Origin: Prasinococcaceae sp. CCMP 1430
Taxonomy: Eukaryota; Plantae; Prasinodermophyta
NCBI GenBank assembly: GCA_013416795.1
Contig: RQSC01000013.1
Location: 4,634-33,520 of the forward strand
Direction: 5' to 3'
Length of the DNA: 28,887 nt
Below, piece by piece: positions 21,410-28,887 of the stretch (position 1 is its first letter; each line of letters starts with the position of its first letter). Below the pieces are notes generated by a model. That model was given only the letters and a program-made list of their open reading frames with translations, was not told where the DNA came from and searched no databases. The position numbers were made by a program, and so were the translations under genes.

Positions 21410-22181
21410 TGCGCCGCGCGCGGCGCGCGCTCGCACCGTAGAGCAGCCCGATGAGGAGCGACAGCGCGAAGCCCAGCGCCTGCCGCCGCCGCCGCGGCAT
21501 TGCGGCAAAGGGGTCGTCCTCCTCCTCCTCCGCGCGCACGCCGTAGCCCGCCAGCAGCTCGGCGGCCCCGCTGTCGCTGCTGAAGCTCGGCGCGAGCGGC
21601 AAGAGGCCGCCCTCCTCGATGGACGCGACCTCCGACGACCCGCGATTCCAGCTGCGGCTGCCGGACCCGCGCGACAGGCGGCGCGCCTCGGCGCGCCCCG
21701 CCGCGGCCGCGGCGAAGCTCTCCTCCTTGGCGCTCACGCTGCTCCCCACGCGCGAGAACGCCGCCAGCGAGAGCAGCGCGGACAACACCCCGGCGTAGTT
21801 GAGCGCCGGCGACGCCAGCGGGGGGTCGGCCGCCGTTCCCAGCAGGCCGAAGCGGCCCGTCGCCCAGCCCGTGAGCATGTTGGCCGTGCCCCAAACCAGC
21901 AGCCCCAGCGACAGGCCGTAGAGCTTGATGATGGGCACGACGCACACGTTACCCAGCGCCCAAGCGGCGCCGCCCAGCGCGGCGAGCGGCTCGAAGCGTG
22001 CGGCTGCGCCGCCGCGCGCCAGCACGAGCGCCATGCCCACCAGGAAGATGCCAAAGACGTTGTTCAGCGCGAAGAACACGCCGTCGGCCGTGCGCACCCA
22101 CTTGGCGGGCGCCAGGTTGGAGCCGAAGCCGACCACCGACACCACGCACGCCGCGTACCCCGTCGCCGCGCTGTACCCCAT
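20695..22181 (-). CDS. TMEM144: TMEM144-like multi-pass transporter (DMT/CEO family); exons 22181-21437, 21280-21048 and 20907-20695
   Basis: GFGSNLAPAK, DGVFF, GGAAWALGN..VPIIK..GL.LG.LVWG..NML.GW.TGRFG, LDYVFSHFTGI, SGVIWGIAQ.AWFVAN..LS..ITFPII...PG and WGVLVFGEIRG.RN. Two GTGCG...GCTGAC...YAG introns. Confidence 0.9.
21359..21409. repeat. 51-nt poly-C homopolymer (poly-G on the sense strand) in the first TMEM144 intron
   Basis: Directly visible; true length unreliable. Confidence 0.7.
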
Positions 22182-22228
22182 CGCGAGCAGCGGAGCGGCC
22201 GCCGCGAAGGCGCCCGGGGAAGCGGCGG

Positions 22229-22395
22229 CGAGCGCGGCGGCTGCGTTGCATGGCGCTGCAACGCGGCGACCGCCAGCCCCGGCGGGGACTGGTGCAGGGG
22301 TGCCGGCCTCGCTCGCCGCAGCACCCCCCCTCGCGCGCGCCCCTCGCTCGAGAGCGCGGGCCATCTCCGCGCCGCCGTTCCCGAAGGACTCCCGC
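22229..22395. repeat. 167-bp near-identical copy of 16875-17041 (inside the RING gene), ending at a single N
   Basis: One mismatch by eye (ttgGat vs ttgCat); terminates at N22396. Confidence 0.9.
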
Positions 22396-22541
22396 NGCGG
22401 GCGCGCGCGCCTGCGCGCGCACCGCGCGGCCGTTGAAGCTGCTGGCCGCGGCGCCGGCCTGTGCAAGCGCAGGGGAAGCAACATCGCGGGGGCGGCGTGG
22501 GGATCATGCGGGAGATTGGCATGGAAGCGATCGGCTGGGTG

Positions 22542-23793
22542 TCAGCGGGGCGGACGGGGGCCGTCGCGCGCGCGCAGCCTCCATAGCGCGCGCGCGGCGG
22601 CCAGCGAGGGCGCCTCGCCCGTGCCGGCGTTGCCCAGGTAGCGCTCGCTGTACGCCATCGCCGCGGGCATGACGCCGAACAGCGTGAGCACACCGAAGGT
22701 GCCCGCCACGTCGAGGGCGTCCAGGAAGACGTCCGGCTGCAGCGCGGCGAAGACCACCGGCGGGACCAGCGTCAGCGCGTACGGCAGCGGCTGCCGCCCA
22801 GTGGGGAGGCCCAGGCCGTCCGCGAGGAAGTCGCTCAGCCCCAGGACGAAGCCGACGAAGGAGGTGGTCACGGCCAGCAGCGAGAAGGTCTCGACGAAGC
22901 CGCCGAGGCCCGCCTCCGACAGCGAGCGCAGCGGGTCCACGGCGGACCCCGGCGGCGCGGCGCCCAGCGCGGCCGCCTCCCACAGGAGGAACATCACGAG
23001 CGGGACGGCCGTGCCGCCCAGGAGCGCCGTGCGAATCTTGGCGACGTCGCCCTCGAGGCTGGTGACCACCGTCGGCACGATGTTCTGGTACACGAAGGAG
23101 AGCGCGATGACGGGCAGCGCGCCGGTGACGGCCCCCCAGTCGGCGTGCGCCAGGTTCTCCGCGCTGGCCTGGCCGCCGGCGGCCACCAGGCACACGCCGA
23201 AGGAGCCCACGACGCCCGCGAAGAGCGCGCCGTTGAGGCCGTCCAGCACCTTGGGCTGGAGGAAGTAGCACGCGCCGCCGACCGCCGCGGCGAACGCCGC
23301 GCCGCCCACGGCCGGGCTGAGGCCCGTGGCGACCTCGATGGCCTGGCCGCCCCTGGAGATGTACGCCACGAGCAGGCAGTAGTGCAGGAAGACGTACGCG
23401 CCCCACGCGAACCGCGTGCCCGGCGCGCCCAGCGTGCGCCGCGCCATCGACACGATGCCCGTGCCGCCGCCCTCGCTCACCGAGCACAGCGTCGCGATGT
23501 TCACCTCGACGATGAGCAGGCCCGTGGCCGCCATGTACGCCCAGCAGCCGACGAGCGCGGCGGTGCTCGGCACGAAGCCCGCGGGCGCCGTCACCGCCGG
23601 CAGCGCCAGCACGCCCGCGCCCACCGCCGTGCCGGAGACGAGCACCGTCGCGCCCCACACGCTGCCCGGCTCGTGCCGCAGCGCCCCGCCGCCGCCCGCG
23701 CCGCTCAGGTTGCTCCACAGCCGCGTGGGCGCCGGCGCCGCGCTCGCCAGGAAGACCTTGCCCGCCTGCCGCGCCCCGCCCGCCGCCCTCCCC
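22542..23793 (-). CDS. Tryptophan/tyrosine permease (TyrP/HAAAP family); 5' end lost at N23794, extreme C-terminus doubtful
   Basis: PGSVWGATVLVSGTAVGAGVLALP...PAGFVPS, YVFLHYCLLVAY, LPVIALSFVYQNIVP, TSFVGFVLGLSDFLAD and ALDVAGTFGVLTLFG. Confidence 0.9.
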
Positions 23794-23794
23794 N

Positions 23795-24474
23795 CGTCAT
23801 CCGACCCAGCCCATCCGATCCACGCCCGCCGCACCCCGCCGCAGATGGGAGGAGGGGGAGGACGCAAACACAAACGCCCCACCCCGCGCCACGCGCGCGC
23901 GGGGAAGCAAGCGCGAGACCAACCAACCAACCAAGCAACCACCCAAGACTTGCAAAAGAGCCTGTTAGTGAGGCAGGACGCCGCCGAGCGCGCGCGCGTT
24001 CGCGAGGGAAGAACCCCGGAACGGATGGGCGAATCCGAACGAACCGACGCAAACTGACTGACTCACTGAGCTTTGCTGTTGACCGAAAGAAAGATCTACC
24101 AACCAATCCGAGACCGTATTAGGGTTACGTATTACGGTTTTTAAACTTGAGGGTTTGGGTTTGTTTGTTTGTGGCGTTCGCCGCGTGGCGGCCGAAACGG
24201 CATCGGTCGGCCCGGGCGAGGCGTCACACGGGCGAGGGGGCGCGGGCGGGGGCGGGGGGGCGGCGGCGCCGCTCCTCCTCAGCCTCGCTCCCTACACACG
24301 CACGCACCGCCAACACCAGCAGCAGCCCCGCGACCTCGTCCGTCTCCTTTCCTCGCGACTGACCGCCGCGCGACCCGCCGGAAGGACGGGCGGACCGCGC
24401 GGCATGCAGAAGGTCTTCGGGTGGGGCGGCGGCGCAGATGGCGGCGGCGCCGATGGCGGCGGCGGGGGCGCGCC
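23795..24474. repeat. Copy 1 of an apparently identical block of at least 680 bp (divergent promoter plus CHORD gene start); copy 2 at 28208-28887
   Basis: Constant offset of 4413 bp with no differences seen. Contains (CCAA)n, (ACTG)n and (GTTT)n mini-repeats. Confidence 0.92.
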
Positions 24475-25684
24475 CGCCGCGCCGGCGCCCGCGCCCGTCG
24501 TGACGGTGCCGGCGAACGGCTACCGCGGCAAGCACGACGCCGTGCTGGGTCACATGCTCGAGAAGGTGGAAGGCAAGCCCGAGCTGATGATCGACACTGT
24601 GCTCGACTTCGTCAGGCGCTCCACGGACTTCTTCGCAGACGGCCGACGAGCCGCGCTCGCGCTCGCGGCGGTGTGCAATCGCTTCGCAGACGTCAGCAGG
24701 ACGGCCGCCGCCGACATGGGAGCGGGCGGAGGTGCGGGCGCGGGTGCACGCATGGGGGTGGGCGGGGGAGCGGCGGCGGTGGCTGACATCGACGACGACG
24801 ACGACGACGACGACGAGAAGGTCTCGCCGGCCGCCCGTGCGTCCGCCGCCGCCGCACCGGCCTCCGCCCCCGCTGCGGAGGCCGGGGTGGACGTCCCCAT
24901 CACGCTCAAGAAGGCGCCCGCTGTGGCGCTGCCCGTGAGCGTCTCCAAGTCCGCGCGGGCGGCGCTCGAGAGGTTCAGGGCGGCGGGCGGGGGAAAGGGC
25001 GCGGGCGGCGGCGGCGCGGGAGGAGCCGCCTCCGGGGGCTCGGACGAGATCGCGCCGGGCACCAAGTGCCTGCACCGAGGCTGCGACGCGGCCTACCGCT
25101 CCGAGGCGACGCTGCGCGAGGTCTGCGTGTACCACCCCGGCAACCCGGTCTTCCACGAGGGCTTCAAGTTCTGGAGCTGCTGCGAGCGCACCAAGGTGAC
25201 GGACTTCTCCGAGTTCCTGTCCATCCGCGGCTGCACCGAGGGCAGGCACTGCTTCCGCGACGAGGCCGCCGAGGCCAAGGCGCTCGAGTGCCGCACGGAC
25301 TTCTTCCAGGTGGGCTCCGGCGTGATGTACAACATCTACGCCAAGAAGGTCGACCCCGAGCAGTGCACGTTCGAGGCCACGCGCGGCAGGCTGAGGTTCA
25401 AGGTGAGCTTCGACGGCGGCAGCGTCTTCGAGAGGACCATCCGCCTCGCGGGCGCAGTCGACCCCAGCAGGTCAAAGGTGAGGCGCGAGGCGCGGGGCGC
25501 GGGGCGCGAGGCGCGAGGCGCGAGGCGCGCGGAGCCTGACCATCCGACCCTCCTTCGCTCCCACCCTTCCCCTCGCCGTGCGCGCGCCGCGCCCTCTCAG
25601 GTGGAGATCCTCGAGCCGAAGATCGAGATCTCGCTCCACAAGGCGGACGGCTCTTCTTGGAAGAGCATCGGCACAGCCGTGTGA
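24404..25684 (+). CDS. CHORD- and CS-domain protein (putative Hsp90 co-chaperone) with NudC-like N-terminal domain; intron 25478-25600
   Basis: Complete CHORD (CLHRGC...CVYHPGNPVFHEGFKFWSCC...FLSIRGCTEGRH) and CS domain (CRTDFFQ...IYAKK...LAGAVDPSRSK/VEILEPKIEISLHKADGSSW). The N-terminus carries DAVLGHM...IDTVLDFVRRSTDFF. Confidence 0.92.
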   Translation: MQKVFGWGGGADGGGADGGGGGAPAAPAPAPVVTVPANGYRGKHDAVLGHMLEKVEGKPELMIDTVLDFVRRSTDFFADGRRAALALAAVCNRFADVSRTAAADMGAGGGAGAGARMGVGGGAAAVADIDDDDDDDDEKVSPAARASAAAAPASAPAAEAGVDVPITLKKAPAVALPVSVSKSARAALERFRAAGGGKGAGGGGAGGAASGGSDEIAPGTKCLHRGCDAAYRSEATLREVCVYHPGNPVFHEGFKFWSCCERTKVTDFSEFLSIRGCTEGRHCFRDEAAEAKALECRTDFFQVGSGVMYNIYAKKVDPEQCTFEATRGRLRFKVSFDGGSVFERTIRLAGAVDPSRSKVRREARGAGREARGARRAEPDHPTLLRSHPSPRRARAAPSQVEILEPKIEISLHKADGSSWKSIGTAV

Positions 25685-25961
25685 GCCGCGGGCGCTGCCG
25701 CCGCCAGCGGCGGCGACTGGCGGCGGCGCCGCTCGCGCGCAAGTAATATGACAACCAAATTCCCTCGCTCGCACGGGCCATTGCGCGCGGGGCGAGCTGC
25801 AGGGCCGCGGGCGCGTCTCCGCCCACGCCCCGCCGTGCGCGCGCCTGACACGTTGAGCTCACCCAGCGCCGGTCGGAAATCCGAATTTTCGGCTGGTTAG
25901 GGCGGGCCCGCGGCCGCCCGTGCCCCGGGGGCGCGGGACGCGCGCCACAACGCGCTCGCTG

Positions 25962-26060
25962 GGCCAGGAGGTGGAGGGGGACGACGACAGCGGCTCCGGG
26001 AGCGGCAGCGCGTACGTGTTCTTTCGCGATGGGACGTCGTGGTCGCAGCAGGCCAAGCTG
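25962..26060 (+). other. Isolated FG-GAP (integrin-alpha-like beta-propeller) repeat fragment
   Basis: GDDDSGSGSGSAYVFFRDGTSWSQQAKL matches the FG-GAP repeat pattern; ends at N26061. Confidence 0.65.
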
Positions 26061-26061
26061 N

Positions 26062-26790
26062 TTTCACGCGATGTGCGTGGATCTCCAGGAGCTGAGTGGC
26101 CGTGACAGCCACCACGTCGTCGGCGCTGCTCTTGTGCTCAGCAGTCACAGCATTGTCCGCATCGCCGTCGCTGCCACCATGGGTCGCAGCAGTGCCAGAG
26201 CCTTCGGCGGCATCAGTGTTTGCACCTTGCATCTCGTTGTCCATGCCGTCGTCTTGGCCGCCTAAGGCGCTTCCTTCGGCGGCTGCTGCCCCCGGTATCG
26301 TTTCTGACTGCACGGAGCGCGCGTCAAACGTCCAATACGGCGTCGACAGCTCGACCTTTGGCACAAATTGTCCCCCATTCGGTGGATCGACATCCCAGTC
26401 GTCTGTGACAGTCCTAGTTGAGAGCGCGGCAGCCAGAGCGGCGCCAGAGAAGCCACCCGAGAAGTCGGCGTTGGCGAACTGGTGCGACCCAGTATGGGGC
26501 GAGCCAGATGGCGACTGCACGTCACCGGCAGCACCACCGGCGCCGCTCAGGCGTGTGTCCTCCAGAAGCGCAAACCGCAAGCTGAACGCCTCGATTGGCA
26601 CACTGAGCGACAGGCTGATGGCCCAGACGACGTTTTGGTCGTCGGTTGGAGCGGTCAAGTTGGCCTCTCCATTCGCACCCTCCACACCGATTTCCTCTAG
26701 CAACGGCGGCGCATCGTCGGCGCTGTCGTTTGTGCCCTGCCGAGGCGGAATCTGGTGCACTGAAATGCACACCGGCAGCACGGGGCCTTC
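26062..26790 (-). CDS. Fragment of an unknown acidic low-complexity protein
   Basis: Open for ~240 codons with lower GC3 than its neighbours and no start or stop of its own. It begins inside the CPO terminal intron and ends at N. Confidence 0.45.
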
Positions 26791-26818
26791 CCGGCGCGCA
26801 GCGCGCGGCTCGGCTCAC

Positions 26819-27860
26819 CTCGCGCGGGTTCCTGAAGGCGTCCATGATGTCGGCCTCGCGGCTGCCCTCCTCGGGCTCGTGGCAGTACTCGAAGCGGCAG
26901 GTGAGCGGCAGCGACATGAGCACGCTCTCGATCCTGCCGCCGGTCTTGAGGCCGAAGGTGGTGCCGCGGTCGTACACGAGGTTGAACTCCACGTAGCGGC
27001 CGCGGCGCAGCTGCTGCCACTCCTTCTCGGCGGCGGTGTAGGGGTCGTCCTTGTGCTTGGCCACCAGCGGCACGTACGACTCCACGACGGCGTTGGCGCA
27101 GTCGGTGGAGAAGGCGAAGTGCTCGTCCTTGCTCTTGTTGTTCTGGTCGTCGAAGAAGATGCCGCCCAGGCCGCGCGTCTCGCCGCGGTGCTTGATCTGG
27201 AAGTACTCGTCGCACCACTTCTTGAACTCGGGGTAGTACTCGGGGTCGTGCTTGTCGCACACCGCCTTGTACGTGCCGTGGAAGTGCTTCATGTCCTCCT
27301 CGAAGAGGTACGAGGGCGTGATGTCCGTGCCGCCGCCGAACCACCAGGCGCGCGGCGCGTCGCGCTCGTCCATGCCGGCGGGCGGCTGCGTCTCGAAGTA
27401 GCGGTAGTTGAAGTGCATGGTGGGCGCCATGGGGTTCCACGGGTGCATCACCGAGCTGATGCCCGCCGCGAAGAAGGGCACGGCCTCGGTGACCTTGTTC
27501 CCCGAGCCGCCGGTGGCCGCACGGTAGGCGTCGGGCGGCATGGAGCCGTAGACGACGCTGACGTTGACCCCCGCCTTCTCCCACACGTTGCCGCCCTGCA
27601 GCACGCGGCTGATGCCGCCGCCGCCGCCGGGGCGCGTCCAGCTGTCCTCGTGGAACTTGCCGCCGTCGACCTCCTCGACGGCCGCGCAGATGTCGTTCTG
27701 CGCCTTGCGGATCATCTCCTCGAAGCGCTCGCGCATGCCGTCGCCCGTGCCGATCTCCTCCTCGCGCACGAGCGTCTCCGGCGCCTGGTCGACGGCCGTC
27801 TCCTTCTCGATGGCCGTGCGCGCCGCCGCGGGGGCGCGACGGGGCGCCGCCGCGCGCCGC
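26819..27860 (-). CDS. hemF: Oxygen-dependent coproporphyrinogen III oxidase (plastid type); start and last micro-exon missing
   Basis: [79 protein letters not shown] and [20 protein letters not shown]. Ends NPRE followed by a GTGAG donor at 26818. Confidence 0.95.
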
Positions 27861-28207
27861 GGGCGTTCGGGGAACGGCTCGAGTGCGAAACGCCATCAAA
27901 AAGTTTCGCCGCCGCGCGGCGCGCGTTCGGGGAACGCTCGCATGCATAACGCCATCAAAAAATGCGGGGCGACCGCGCCGTCGGCGGGCCATCAAACCGC
28001 AGGCGTTTTCGAAATGGCGCGGCCGGCGTGCGCGCGGCAGCCCCGGCGGCGCGGCAAGCGAGGGGTGGGGGAGGTGGGGGTGGCGAGGTGCGCGTGTGAG
28101 CACGGGCGTGACGCGTCGCCACGCCGCACCTCCGCCGAGCGGCGCGCGCCGTCCGCTCGATCGCGATCCGTTCCGGCTGAGGCCGCGGCGGACCCACGCC
28201 GCTCGAT

Positions 28208-28887
28208 CGTCATCCGACCCAGCCCATCCGATCCACGCCCGCCGCACCCCGCCGCAGATGGGAGGAGGGGGAGGACGCAAACACAAACGCCCCACCCCGC
28301 GCCACGCGCGCGCGGGGAAGCAAGCGCGAGACCAACCAACCAACCAAGCAACCACCCAAGACTTGCAAAAGAGCCTGTTAGTGAGGCAGGACGCCGCCGA
28401 GCGCGCGCGCGTTCGCGAGGGAAGAACCCCGGAACGGATGGGCGAATCCGAACGAACCGACGCAAACTGACTGACTCACTGAGCTTTGCTGTTGACCGAA
28501 AGAAAGATCTACCAACCAATCCGAGACCGTATTAGGGTTACGTATTACGGTTTTTAAACTTGAGGGTTTGGGTTTGTTTGTTTGTGGCGTTCGCCGCGTG
28601 GCGGCCGAAACGGCATCGGTCGGCCCGGGCGAGGCGTCACACGGGCGAGGGGGCGCGGGCGGGGGCGGGGGGGCGGCGGCGCCGCTCCTCCTCAGCCTCG
28701 CTCCCTACACACGCACGCACCGCCAACACCAGCAGCAGCCCCGCGACCTCGTCCGTCTCCTTTCCTCGCGACTGACCGCCGCGCGACCCGCCGGAAGGAC
28801 GGGCGGACCGCGCGGCATGCAGAAGGTCTTCGGGTGGGGCGGCGGCGCAGATGGCGGCGGCGCCGATGGCGGCGGCGGGGGCGCGCC
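28208..28887. repeat. Copy 2 of the duplicated block, including the start of a second CHORD gene copy (ATG 28817) running off the window
   Basis: Identical to 23795-24474. Confidence 0.9.

Noticed and set aside
2525-21436. Introner-like repeated introns
   Set aside because: The introns share only donor, branch and acceptor motifs, with no extended similarity or terminal repeats.
22182-22484. Long N-terminal extension of TMEM144
   Set aside because: It includes 167 bp copied from the RING gene and an N join, so it is chimeric.
18189-27860. Functional plastid gene cluster (RBD1, permease, CPO)
   Set aside because: Unrelated pathways, interspersed with other genes, and the adjacency is unreliable given the gaps.

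Overview
Eukaryotic nuclear DNA from a compact, very GC-rich photosynthetic organism. The plant-type coproporphyrinogen oxidase, RBD1 rubredoxin, GTGCG splice donors, CTGAC branch points and TTTAGGG-like telo-boxes suggest a prasinophyte-grade green alga (inference). Recognisable genes, in order: SF3B4, ABHD11-like hydrolase, glycyl-tRNA synthetase, WDR83, an SDR, a PP2C plus a diverged partial copy, CDC23/APC8, a RING-H2 protein, RBD1, a TMEM144-like transporter, a TyrP-like permease, a CHORD-CS protein and coproporphyrinogen III oxidase. The scaffold is a rough draft, with four N-gaps, four single-N joins, exact duplicated blocks and several chimeric or garbled gene ends. The strongest candidate novelty is a putative Hsp90 co-chaperone at 24404-25684 with the architecture NudC-N-terminal domain + single CHORD + CS. 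Other observations are an AGTAA/TGTAA 3' signal, a recurrent CGTTC-N3-GAACG palindrome, shared upstream motifs and a diverging PP2C duplicate.
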